Assembly: GCA_963850305.1 (NCBI GenBank)
Contig: CAWKKR010000001.1
Coordinates: forward strand, 576,001 to 640,000
Direction of reading: 5' to 3'
Origin: an uncultured delta proteobacterium
GTDB taxonomy: Bacteria > Myxococcota_A > Polyangia > Polyangiales > Polyangiaceae
Length of the DNA: 64,000 nucleotides
Positions within the stretch are counted from its first letter, which is position 1; every line of letters begins with the position of its first letter. Positions 19,264 through 28,263 of this stretch are shown here, one piece after another. The notes under the pieces were generated by a model, which made no database searches, was not told where the DNA came from, and saw only the letters and a list, made by a program, of their open reading frames with translations. Position numbers and translations under genes: made by a program.

Positions 19264-20505
19264 ATGGGTTTCGGCGGGCGTCTCTTCTCGGCCATCGTCG
19301 TTCTGGCGACGTTCGCCTCGCGGACGAGCGCCGCAGAGACGCCCATGACTCCCGCACCAGAGTTACCAAAAGTCCCCCTCCACCTCCAGATCACCGAAGA
19401 CGGTCCGGACAGCCAGTGGGAGATGAAGCTCGAAAACGCGTCGAGCGTCCCGATCGAAGCCGCAAGCGATGCGCGACTCCTGTGGTTCGAGGTATCGCGT
19501 CCCGGGGAATCGAAGCAGAAGCTCTGCCGTCTGCCCGACGATCTATTCCCCAAGAACGTTCCCGACAGCAAAACGAAGGAACTTGCGCCCGGGGATTCTC
19601 TCGTCCAAAGGTTCGATCCTCGCTTCTATTGCTTCAGCGCGGGCCGCCAGGAAATCTTGGTGCCGAGCGCGCAGATCATCCCGCACTACGGGTTTTCACC
19701 GAAGACGAAGGCGAAATGGGTGCACGGGCGACGGGTCGAGGAGACGCTCCCCGACGCTCCGCCATACATCGCGACGCCCAAGGACTCGGACTCGATGTCG
19801 CCCGCGAAGAACGTCACCGGTGACATGATCTCGCTCGACGACCGGTATGCGGCGTGGGCAGAGTCCGCGAAGAAGGGCGCCGAGAGTAAGGACGACGATG
19901 AGCCCACCCTGGACATCGTGCGCGGCTCCGATGCGGAGACGGAGCGGAACGTCATGGCCACGGTGCGCATCAGGAATCCGAGCGAGAGCCGCGTCGCGCT
20001 CTTCGTCCGGCGCGAGCTCATCACGTTCGAAGTGATGACCCCCGCGGGAACGACTTATTGCGTCGCGGAACCGGACGCACGCGATCCGGATCGACGAGCC
20101 TTCACGACGCTCGCACCCAAGAGCTCGATGACGATCGTGAGCCGACTCGTCGAGCTGTGCCCGCGCGGCACGTTCGCGAAGCCGGGGCTCTACGTCGTCC
20201 AGGCTCGCTTCGACGCGCAGGCGAACGGTGCGGAATACGGGCTGGATGCGTTCACCGGCACGATCCACACGACGCGCCCCGTCACCGTGCGCGTGCGCCG
20301 AGAGCTCCACATCGTGCCGAACCGACGCCTCGTGGGTTCGGCGGGCCCCGCCGCCCCCGGCGCGCCACCGCCACCTTCGGTCCCCGGATTGATTCCGCCG
20401 CCTCCGCAAGAGAATGCGCCTCCCCCTCCCCCGGCTGAACCCATCGAGGCCCCCGAGGCGCCGCAGGCGCCGCCGCCCGTCGAGGCGCCGCCGCCGCCGA
20501 GCTAG
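19264..20505 (+). CDS. Secreted hypothetical protein, beta-rich, with Pro-rich C-terminal tail
   Basis: Signal peptide MGFGGRLFSAIVVLATFASRTSA|AE. Long ORF filling the gap between thiE and the next convergent gene. Confidence 0.7.
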   Translation: MGFGGRLFSAIVVLATFASRTSAAETPMTPAPELPKVPLHLQITEDGPDSQWEMKLENASSVPIEAASDARLLWFEVSRPGESKQKLCRLPDDLFPKNVPDSKTKELAPGDSLVQRFDPRFYCFSAGRQEILVPSAQIIPHYGFSPKTKAKWVHGRRVEETLPDAPPYIATPKDSDSMSPAKNVTGDMISLDDRYAAWAESAKKGAESKDDDEPTLDIVRGSDAETERNVMATVRIRNPSESRVALFVRRELITFEVMTPAGTTYCVAEPDARDPDRRAFTTLAPKSSMTIVSRLVELCPRGTFAKPGLYVVQARFDAQANGAEYGLDAFTGTIHTTRPVTVRVRRELHIVPNRRLVGSAGPAAPGAPPPPSVPGLIPPPPQENAPPPPPAEPIEAPEAPQAPPPVEAPPPPS

Positions 20506-20537
20506 CCACTCGAACTCTGGTCGCCGAGACCAGCCCT

Positions 20538-22646
20538 TCACGTCTTCGCGTCGTCGAACGACGCGAACGTCCCGCCCTCGCGAGCGAGGCGCTCGAGAAG
20601 CGCGGAGGCTTGCCAGACTTTGCCGTGGCGCTGGCGGTACTGGTTCACCTTGGCGAGCACGTTCGCGACCCCGACCGTGTCTGCGTGGAACATCGGGCCG
20701 CCGCGGTGTACCGGAAAACCGTACCCGTTGATCCACACGGTATCGATATCGGAGGCTCGGAGCGCGATGCCTTCGTCGAGGATCTTCGCGCCCTCGTTGA
20801 CGAGGGCGAAGAAACATCGCTCGAAGATCTCCTCGCTCGTCACGGTGCGCCGCTCCACGCCGAGCTCTCTCGCGACGTCGGCAATCACGCGATCGACCTC
20901 CGGGTCCGGAATCGGCGTGCGGTTACCGGGCTCGTATCTGTAGAAGCCCGCGTTCGTCTTCTGGCCGTAGCGGCCCATCTCCGCCAGGCGATCCGCCACG
21001 GCGCCACTGTATCGCTCGCCCGGCGGCGGCTTGGGTTGACCTTTACGGATGCGCCACCCGACGTCGATGCCGGCGAGATCGCTCGTGGCGCAGGGGCCCA
21101 TCGCGAACCCAAACGACGTCATCACCCGATCGACCTCGGCCGGCGATGCGCCTTCCTGGATCAGGAGCTGCGCCTCGCGGTAATACTGGTGCAGCATTCG
21201 ATTGCCCACGAAGCCGTAGCAAACGCCGACCTGGACCCCGACTTTGCCCAGCTGCTTCGCGAGCTTCATGCTGGTCGCGACGGCCGTCTTCGAGGTCTTC
21301 TGGCCCCGCACGATTTCGAGGAGCCTCATGACGTTCGCGGGGCTGAAGAAATGCAGCCCTGCCACGCGTTCGGGATGGGCCGTCGAGGCGGCAATCTCGT
21401 CCACGTTCAGCGTCGAAGTGTTCGTGGCCAGGAGCGCGTCGGGACGGCAAATCCGGTCGAGCTTTCCGAAGATCTCCTTCTTCAGCGCCATCTCTTCGAA
21501 GACGGCTTCGATCACGAGGTCCACGTCCGAGAGACCGTCCCAGCTCGTCGTTCCGGTGATGCGCGCGACGCGCGCGTCCATCTCCGCTTGCGAGAGCTTC
21601 CCCTTCTTCACCGTACCCGCGTAATTCTTCGAGACGATGTCGAGCCCCTTGTCGACGAACGACTGTTCGCGATCAACCAGCAACACGTCCAAGCCGGCGT
21701 TCGCGAACACCATCGCGATCCCGCCGCCCATCGTGCCCGCGCCCAGCACCGCCACCTTGCGAACCGGCAACACCGGCGTGTCCGCGGGCACGTCGGGGAT
21801 CTTCGCGGCCTGTCGCTCGGCAAAGAAGACGTGTCGCATGGCGCGCGACTCGGTCGATCGGATGGCGACTTCGAACAGCTCGCGCTCGCGCTCGATACCC
21901 GCATCGAAGGGCAATTCCGCTGCGGCCCGCACCGCGTCCACGCATCGTCCCGGGCCCTCTGCACCCCGCGCGCGTTCGGCCGCCTCCTTCTTCGCCTTGT
22001 CGAAGAGGGCCGTGTTGCCGCGGACGGCATCGACCGCCTTCGTGAGGTCGCGCGCTCGAGGCAGCGGGCGCGCGGGCGCGATCTTTTCGGCGAACCGAAC
22101 CGCGCCTTCCGTCAGGTCACCGTCGATCAGCTCGTCTACCAGGCCCGCCGCCTTCGCATCCTTCGCACCGATGGGCTCGCCGCTCACGATCATCCGGAGC
22201 GCCGTCTCGAAGCCGACCAGCCTCGGCAAGCGCTGCGTACCGCCTGCACCCGGCAAGATCCCGAGCTTGACCTCGGGCAAACCGCACCTGGCCGAGGGCG
22301 TGGCGACCCGGTAATGACACGCGAGTGCGATTTCGAGGCCTCCACCGAGAGCGGTTCCGTGGATTGCCGCAACGACGGGCTTCGAGCTCCCCTCGTACGC
22401 AGCCATGACCGCGTTCAGCTGCGGGTCTCTCGGCGGCTTTCCGAATTCCGTGATGTCCGCGCCCGCGATGAACGTGCGCCCCTTGCACACCAGCACGATG
22501 GCCGTCACGGCGTCGTCCGCGAGAGCTGCGGCGATGCCCTTCGACAGGCCTTCCCGCACGGCCTGACTCAACGCGTTCACCGGTGGGCTGTCCACCGAGA
22601 CGATGCCGATGGATCCGCGCTTCTCGAAGCTGACTACGTTACTCAT
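20538..22646 (-). CDS. Bifunctional enoyl-CoA hydratase / 3-hydroxyacyl-CoA dehydrogenase
   Basis: PPVNAL, FIAGADI, ALGGGLEIALACHYR, LPGAGGTQRLPR, VLGAGTMGGGIA, ATNTSTL, LHFFSPANVMRLLE. ATGA overlap with the yebC stop. Confidence 0.96.
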   Translation of the reverse strand: MSNVVSFEKRGSIGIVSVDSPPVNALSQAVREGLSKGIAAALADDAVTAIVLVCKGRTFIAGADITEFGKPPRDPQLNAVMAAYEGSSKPVVAAIHGTALGGGLEIALACHYRVATPSARCGLPEVKLGILPGAGGTQRLPRLVGFETALRMIVSGEPIGAKDAKAAGLVDELIDGDLTEGAVRFAEKIAPARPLPRARDLTKAVDAVRGNTALFDKAKKEAAERARGAEGPGRCVDAVRAAAELPFDAGIERERELFEVAIRSTESRAMRHVFFAERQAAKIPDVPADTPVLPVRKVAVLGAGTMGGGIAMVFANAGLDVLLVDREQSFVDKGLDIVSKNYAGTVKKGKLSQAEMDARVARITGTTSWDGLSDVDLVIEAVFEEMALKKEIFGKLDRICRPDALLATNTSTLNVDEIAASTAHPERVAGLHFFSPANVMRLLEIVRGQKTSKTAVATSMKLAKQLGKVGVQVGVCYGFVGNRMLHQYYREAQLLIQEGASPAEVDRVMTSFGFAMGPCATSDLAGIDVGWRIRKGQPKPPPGERYSGAVADRLAEMGRYGQKTNAGFYRYEPGNRTPIPDPEVDRVIADVARELGVERRTVTSEEIFERCFFALVNEGAKILDEGIALRASDIDTVWINGYGFPVHRGGPMFHADTVGVANVLAKVNQYRQRHGKVWQASALLERLAREGGTFASFDDAKT

Positions 22647-23398
22647 GTTCGCCCCGCAATGGCTTCTAGCTCCGCCTCCGGAACGTCGAAGTCGGAATAG
22701 ACGTTCTGCACGTCGTCGTGATCGTCGAGAGCATCGGCGAGGTTCAGGCAAACCTCCGCGTCACGCCCCCTGACCTCTTTCTTGTTCTTCGGCACGAAGC
22801 CGACCTTGCTGGACCGTGCGACGGCATTGCTCTTCTCGAGTGCCGTCGTCACCTTGTCGAGCGCATCGGGCGCCGTGTACACCGTCCAGGAATCCCCCTC
22901 GTCGGCGTAGTCGTCGGCGCCCGCGGAGATCGCGACGTCCATCAGCGTCTCTTCGGACGCGGCAGCCTTGTCGAGGGTGATCACGCCCCGTCGGTCGAAC
23001 GCCCACGCGGCGGCGCCGCTGCCGCCCATCGTGCCGTTGTTCTTCTCGAAGATCTTCCGGAGCTCCGCCGCCGACCGATTGCGGTTGTCCGTCGTCCCCT
23101 CGACGAGGAACAGCGTGCCCGAGGGACCGGTGCCCTCATAGAGGACCTCCTCGAAAGCGGCGCCTTCGATCTCACCGGTGCCCCTCTTCACCGCGCGAGT
23201 GATGTTATCCCCCGGCATGTGGGAGGCCTTCGCTTCGTCGATCGCCTTTCGAAGCCGCGCGTTGCCGTTGACATCACCGCCACCCATGCGGGCCGCCACG
23301 GTGATCTCCTTGATCAGCTTCGTGAAGAGCTTGCCGCGAGCCGCGTCCGTCGCGCCCTTCTTCCGCTTGATTGTCGCCCACTTGGAATGGCCGCTCAT
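22643..23398 (-). CDS. yebC: YebC/PmpR-family protein
   Basis: MSGHSKWATIKRKKG, YEGTGP, TDNRNR, DHDDVQNVYSD. Confidence 0.96.
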   Translation of the reverse strand: MSGHSKWATIKRKKGATDAARGKLFTKLIKEITVAARMGGGDVNGNARLRKAIDEAKASHMPGDNITRAVKRGTGEIEGAAFEEVLYEGTGPSGTLFLVEGTTDNRNRSAAELRKIFEKNNGTMGGSGAAAWAFDRRGVITLDKAAASEETLMDVAISAGADDYADEGDSWTVYTAPDALDKVTTALEKSNAVARSSKVGFVPKNKKEVRGRDAEVCLNLADALDDHDDVQNVYSDFDVPEAELEAIAGRT

Positions 23399-23596
23399 GA
23401 TGCTCCCGATGCGAAGGCAATCTTTCCGCCGGGAAGTTAGCCGAGGCAGCCCGAAAGACAAGGCCGAGCGTACTCTCCTGGCCTGGTCCACGGCCGCGAG
23501 CCTGGGCTGCGCTCGCATCGCTGCGGGCAAAAAGCAGCGAACTGCCAGAGAAGCTGCCGGGCGTTCGCTAGGAAGACCGACGTCCCCCCTCGGTTC

Positions 23597-25243
23597 TCAC
23601 TCGAGCACTGCGCCGCGCGCCGCGGACGACACGAGCTTCCGGTAGCGGCTCATGTAACCGATCGCCGGCTTCTCGACGCGCACGACGCGGGCGAGCCGCG
23701 CTCGCATCTCTTCGGCCGTGAGGTTGACGTCGAGGCGGCGATTGGGGACGTCGATCGTGATCTCGTCACCATCCATCAACGCGGCGATGGGCCCGCGATC
23801 GTAAGCCTCCGGCGTCACGTGCCCGACGCAGGGACCGGCGGTTGCGCCGGAGAACCGGCCATCCGTTATGAGCGCCGTGCGATGCAAGCCGAACACCTCG
23901 AGCATCATCGTGATGTTCAGCATCTCGGGCATTCCTGGCCCCCCCTTCGGCCCCTCGTAGCGAATGACGATCACGTTTCCGTCGTGGATGCGCCCGTCGG
24001 TGAGCGCCTTGCGCGCCTCGTCCTCGGAATCCACACAGATCGCCGTGCCGGTGAAAGTGAGCATGTCTTCTTTCACGGCGGACGCTTTGACGATCGAGCC
24101 CTCCGGCGCGAGATTGCCGTAGAGGACGACGGTGCCGCCCTCGGCGCGGTGAGGCTTGTCGCGCGGCGGAATGACCTCGGAGTCGAGCACTTGATACGAC
24201 TTGTCGATCACCTCACCGAGCGACTTGCCCGTGACGGTCATGCAATCCGTGTCGAGGTCCGCCTTCATGACCTTCATTGCGGCGCCGATGCCCCCCGCCG
24301 CCCACAGATCCGTCACGCCCCAGGGCCCGTTCGGGCTGATCGCGAGCAGAGTCGGGACGCGCCGGTTGTAGTCATTGAACAGAGAAAGAGGCAGCTCGAG
24401 GCCGAGCGCATGAGCGATCGCCGGAAGATGGAGCGTCGAGTTCGTCGAGCCCCCAATGGCGAGATCCATGATGACGGCGTTGAGCAGCGCTTGCCGGGTC
24501 ATGATCTTTCGCGCGTTGAGTCCCTCTTCCACCATGGCCACGATGCGTTCCCCGCTCGCTCGACCGTAGCGGAGCTTGTCCGGGTGAAAGCCCGGCGTGT
24601 TCGCGCACCCGGGCAGACACATTCCCATCACCTCCGCGAGCGACTGGATCGTGTTCGCGGTCCCGAGGATCTCGCACGCGCCGCACGTCGCACACGTGGT
24701 CGTCGCGACCTTCATCTCGGTGTCCGTGTAGTCCTTGTGGTCGACGCTGCGCGACTTCCGGCGGCGGTTCCGGATGTCCCACATGCCCGGACCGCCGCTG
24801 ACGTAGATGCTCGGCAAATCCAGCCTCGCCGCGGCCATCAGCATGCCCGGGTTGATCTTGTCGCAGCTCGCGATGAACACGATCCCATCGAAGAGCTGCG
24901 AACGAACGTGCGTCTCGATGATATCGGCGATCAGATCGCGCTGCGCGAGCACGTAGTGCATCCCGTCGTGGCCCATCGCCACGCCGTCGCAGGGCGCAGG
25001 GACGTTGAACTCCGCAGCTATGCCGCCCGCCGCGATGATTCCTTCCTTCACGCGCTGGCCGATGGCGTGGAGATGGGAATGTCCCGTCGTGAGCTCGGTG
25101 TGCGAGTTCGCCACCGCGATCAATGGCTTCTTGCCGAGCTGAGCCGTGTCGAGCCCGGTCCCTTTCATGATGGACGTCCGGACGACGCCCATCAGCGGGT
25201 CGCCTCCGGCCACGGTGAGACGCACGCTTTTCCTGTCCGCCAT
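23597..25243 (-). CDS. ilvD: Dihydroxy-acid dehydratase (IlvD/Edd family)
   Basis: CDGVAMGH, SCDKINPGMLM, CGACEILGTANT, GGSTN, GNLAPEG, RYEGPKGGPGMPEM, LITDGRFSGAT, GHVTPEA. Confidence 0.93.
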   Translation of the reverse strand: MADRKSVRLTVAGGDPLMGVVRTSIMKGTGLDTAQLGKKPLIAVANSHTELTTGHSHLHAIGQRVKEGIIAAGGIAAEFNVPAPCDGVAMGHDGMHYVLAQRDLIADIIETHVRSQLFDGIVFIASCDKINPGMLMAAARLDLPSIYVSGGPGMWDIRNRRRKSRSVDHKDYTDTEMKVATTTCATCGACEILGTANTIQSLAEVMGMCLPGCANTPGFHPDKLRYGRASGERIVAMVEEGLNARKIMTRQALLNAVIMDLAIGGSTNSTLHLPAIAHALGLELPLSLFNDYNRRVPTLLAISPNGPWGVTDLWAAGGIGAAMKVMKADLDTDCMTVTGKSLGEVIDKSYQVLDSEVIPPRDKPHRAEGGTVVLYGNLAPEGSIVKASAVKEDMLTFTGTAICVDSEDEARKALTDGRIHDGNVIVIRYEGPKGGPGMPEMLNITMMLEVFGLHRTALITDGRFSGATAGPCVGHVTPEAYDRGPIAALMDGDEITIDVPNRRLDVNLTAEEMRARLARVVRVEKPAIGYMSRYRKLVSSAARGAVLE

Positions 25244-25409
25244 GGCCCGGAGTCTCTGCGCGAACGCGAACGCTCGCTTGAATGAACTGGTCGACCGGGA
25301 GGATGTGGGAGGAACACGAGGCGGCTCACGCCGGCTCCCGGAGGTCTCGCATATGACGCGCCGCTGCTTGACGCGGCAACGCGCGTGGACGATCCGTGGA
25401 ACAGCGTCC

Positions 25410-25973
25410 ATGGGTGAATCGAAATGCCGGGCGTGGCTCGTCCACAACGTCGTGGAATATATCGATGCGCCCCTGCGGCCGCGGCTGCTCGAGGGCGCTT
25501 CGCCTGCTCTCCGTGCCCTCCTCGAGCAATCGCCGCGAAGCGACACCGACTGGGTCTCGGTCCTCCTCCTCGCCGAGATCTTCCTCATCGCCGATCGCAT
25601 TGCCGGCGACGGGGACGGCAAGAAGTGTTTCGACATCGGTGCGTTCGTGGCTTCACACGAGGTCGGCGCGTCGCAATCCCTGGCCCAGAGAAGCCTGCGA
25701 CCGTCCGTGATCATGAGCCTCGCTCCCGGCCTCTGGAGTACGCACTTCCAGGACTCCGGCCGAGTAGCCATCCGCCCCACCGGGGAGCGCTCCCTCGTGG
25801 TCACGCTCGTCGACACGCCAAATCTCGGTGAGACGTTCTGCCTGGCGCTCGGTGGCTGGATCAAAGGCTGGCTCGGCCTCGGTCCCCGCCGCCGCGTCCT
25901 CCGCATCGATCACACGACGTGCCGGCACAAGGGCGGCGCGGTGTGTGACTATGCCGTCGCGTGGGAAGATTGA
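25410..25973 (+). CDS. Hypothetical protein with V4R-like/DUF2378-like C-terminus
   Basis: FC...GWIKG...HTTCRHKGGAVCDYAVAW resembles the V4R C-x4-G-x2-C tail. Confidence 0.65.
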   Translation: MGESKCRAWLVHNVVEYIDAPLRPRLLEGASPALRALLEQSPRSDTDWVSVLLLAEIFLIADRIAGDGDGKKCFDIGAFVASHEVGASQSLAQRSLRPSVIMSLAPGLWSTHFQDSGRVAIRPTGERSLVVTLVDTPNLGETFCLALGGWIKGWLGLGPRRRVLRIDHTTCRHKGGAVCDYAVAWED

Positions 25974-26074
25974 TGTAGTGCTGAGCGACCCGATACGTCG
26001 GCGGGAGGATGCGCGGTCGTGTGCTACGAGGGGCACGGGGCGTCCGGGCGCCCCTCACGGTTCGAAGGTTTCCC

Positions 26075-27481
26075 ATGAGCCCCTCGCTCGAACGCGGCCT
26101 GAAGTCTCGGCAGGTGACGCTCGCCTTTCTGGCGACGTTCGGCATCACGGTGATCGGCCTGGTGCTGACGGCACTCCTGCTCCGCGAAAGGGCACTCAAG
26201 ATTCGCGACGTCGCGGACGCGATCACGAAGAACGCCGTGCCGAGTATCGAGCACCTGACGAGTATCCGCACGACGCTGAGGCACATCGAGCTCACCCTGG
26301 ACGACTTCGCCGATCGGAGTGCGCTCACGGGAGCCGCCATTCCGGAACCGCCCGGCGTAGAAGCGGAACGGGCGTCGCTTCGCCGGGCCTGGGGGGCGTA
26401 CACATCACTGCCGATGTTCCCTGGCGAGCGAACATTACAGCCAGGGCTCGCGCGAGGCCTCTCGGAGCTCGATTCGCTGATTTCCCGGCTTCTCTTCGAT
26501 ACACGCGAAGGCGATCGCACCAGAGCTCGGGATGATTTCGAGCGGGAGGTCAAACCCTTCTTCGATGAAATCGACGAGCGGCTCAACGAGGCTGAAGAGC
26601 TCAACGCGAACGGCAGCGCCGAGGCCGCGGCGACCGTGGAGTCGGTCCAGGAAGCGATGCAGCTCCTGTCGGCGATCTTGTCCGTGTCGTGCGCCCTCCT
26701 GGGCGTCATCGCGGCGATCGTGGCGGTGCGACTCTGGACCCAGTACCAGCGCGCGACGGACCAGCAGATCGCCGAGCTCGAGCTCTTCGCCGGGCGCGTC
26801 GCGCACGACATCCGCGGACCGCTCTCGTCGGTGGGGCTCGCGATCGCCGTCGCGGAGCGCACAGGAGGCAAAGATCCGGAGGTTCTCCGGCGCGCGAACC
26901 GTTCGATTCAACGGATCGCTCAGCTCGTGGAGGGACTGCTCCTGCTCGCCCAGGTCGTACGCTCGCCGCAAACCGATGAGAGCGCCGTCGTCCGGGACGT
27001 GCTCGCCGACGTCATCGAAGAATTCAAGCCGTGGGCCGTCGCACAGAATATCCAGCTCGAGCTCGGCGCCGCCGTGGACGCTGCAGTGGCGTGCAGCGCC
27101 GGGGTCCTCTCGAACATGACCAGCAACCTCATCGGAAACGCGATCAAGTACATGGGGGATTCCCCCGTCCGGCGCGTGACCGTCCGGGCGAGCACGGCGA
27201 ACCATCTGGTGCGAATCGAGGTGGACGACACGGGGCCCGGCATTCCAGCGGGCGCGCAGACGCGCGTCTTCGATCCTCACGAGCGCGCCGCATCCGCGAA
27301 CGTCGCGGGTCTCGGCCTGGGACTCGCGACCGTACGACGCCTTGCCGAGGTTCTCGGTGGTCGCGCCGGCCTCGCCTCGACCGAAGGCGTCGGCACCCTG
27401 TTGTGGTTCGAAGTCCCCAACACCGGCGGTGGTCGTCCGATCCCGCTCGGAGATGGTGCTTCAGCTTCTGCGAAAACGTGA
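26075..27481 (+). CDS. Membrane sensor histidine kinase (four-helix periplasmic sensor)
   Basis: Two TM segments, FAGRVAHDIRGPL (H box), NLIGNAIKY (N box), DTGPGI, GLGLGLA. Confidence 0.93.
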   Translation: MSPSLERGLKSRQVTLAFLATFGITVIGLVLTALLLRERALKIRDVADAITKNAVPSIEHLTSIRTTLRHIELTLDDFADRSALTGAAIPEPPGVEAERASLRRAWGAYTSLPMFPGERTLQPGLARGLSELDSLISRLLFDTREGDRTRARDDFEREVKPFFDEIDERLNEAEELNANGSAEAAATVESVQEAMQLLSAILSVSCALLGVIAAIVAVRLWTQYQRATDQQIAELELFAGRVAHDIRGPLSSVGLAIAVAERTGGKDPEVLRRANRSIQRIAQLVEGLLLLAQVVRSPQTDESAVVRDVLADVIEEFKPWAVAQNIQLELGAAVDAAVACSAGVLSNMTSNLIGNAIKYMGDSPVRRVTVRASTANHLVRIEVDDTGPGIPAGAQTRVFDPHERAASANVAGLGLGLATVRRLAEVLGGRAGLASTEGVGTLLWFEVPNTGGGRPIPLGDGASASAKT

Positions 27482-27503
27482 CCCGCTCGCATCGCGAGAA
27501 AAC

Positions 27504-27540
27504 GCCGCGGGGAGCGCCGGCTCACGGAGCTCCCCGCGGC
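27504..27540. terminator. Perfect 12-bp inverted repeat, probable terminator hairpin
   Basis: GCCGCGGGGAGC-N13-GCTCCCCGCGGC right after the kinase stop, with AAAA on its left (short U tail on the minus strand). Confidence 0.6.
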
Positions 27541-27554
27541 CACTCTCACTTCAT

Positions 27555-27710
27555 TCAATGCGACGTCCCATTCACGACCGTGGTGGCCGCGGCCGGACCG
27601 TTCGCGACCGGAATCACCGGTGGCGACGCGGGCGGCGCGACGGGCGCAGTCGTCGCGGGCGGCGACGCCACGGGCGCGGCCTGTACGGACGGCGTGATCG
27701 GGGATGAGAG
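27555..27710 (-). pseudogene. Start-less 3' fragment of a Pro/Ala/Thr-tailed gene
   Basis: Coding-like PITPSVQAAPVASPPATTAPVAPPASPPVIPVANGPAAATTVVNGTSH* followed by the hairpin. Upstream it runs straight into the 22-bp array. Confidence 0.35.
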
Positions 27711-27726
27711 ACGGGGTAACGAGCTC

Positions 27727-27880
27727 CCCTCGGTGGGTGAACACGTTCCCCTCGGTGGGTGAAGCTGATCACCTCGATGGGTGAAGCCGATCACCCCGGT
27801 GGGTGAACCTGATCACCTCGGTGGGTGATGCTGATCACCCCGGTGGGTCAAGCTGATCACCCCGGTGGGTCAAGCTGATG
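27727..27880. repeat. 22-bp tandem repeat array, 7 units, consensus ACCYCGGTGGGTGAAGCTGATC
   Basis: Units start at 27727, 27749, 27771, 27793, 27815, 27837, 27859. Confidence 0.95.
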
Positions 27881-27905
27881 CACGACGGGAAATGTGGATC
27901 TTCAC
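27870..27905 (-). pseudogene. 11-codon stub (MKIHISRRASA*) of a probable RelE/ParE-type toxin
   Basis: GTG overlaps the antitoxin TGA (GTGA). The N-terminus fits the RelE/ParE pattern M-K-h-x-h-S-x-x-A. The frame stops on entering the repeat array. Confidence 0.5.
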
Positions 27906-28135
27906 CGCCGAGAGCCTAGCTCCGCGAGCACCTCTTCCACGGAATACGTGGGTGCCCCTGTCTTGCGTTCTGTAATGGATGCGGCGATCTCCCGGTGCAG
28001 CGCTGCACGCTCCTCGTCGTCGAGATCATCCCAGCTGTCGGAAATCTCTAGCGGCACTTCGATGCCTTCCGGCAGATCCGTCGGCTCGTCGAGCTTGAGT
28101 CGACCGTTTTGCACGCGGGCTTTCAGTGGCTGCAT
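27902..28135 (-). CDS. Putative type II antitoxin (AF2212/DUF104-like N-terminus, acidic C-terminus)
   Basis: 77 aa MQPLKARVQNGRLKLDEPTDLPEGIEVPL...DDLDDEERAALHREI...YSVEEVLAEL, hidden at the end of listed ORF 27902..29866. Confidence 0.7.
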   Translation of the reverse strand: MQPLKARVQNGRLKLDEPTDLPEGIEVPLEISDSWDDLDDEERAALHREIAASITERKTGAPTYSVEEVLAELGSRR

Positions 28136-28263
28136 GGCTCCCATGATATCGCGCTTCGCTCCGTTACGCCCACCGATAGGGGCCCCGACGCACCGAGGCC
28201 GCGTGTGGGGCGGGGCCGCACGCGGCCGACACCCTGAGTCCCGAAGGCCGCCGCCCGTCCGAT

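Noticed and set aside
27727..27880. CRISPR array or plasmid origin
   Set aside because: No spacers, no rep gene, no AT-rich unwinding region.
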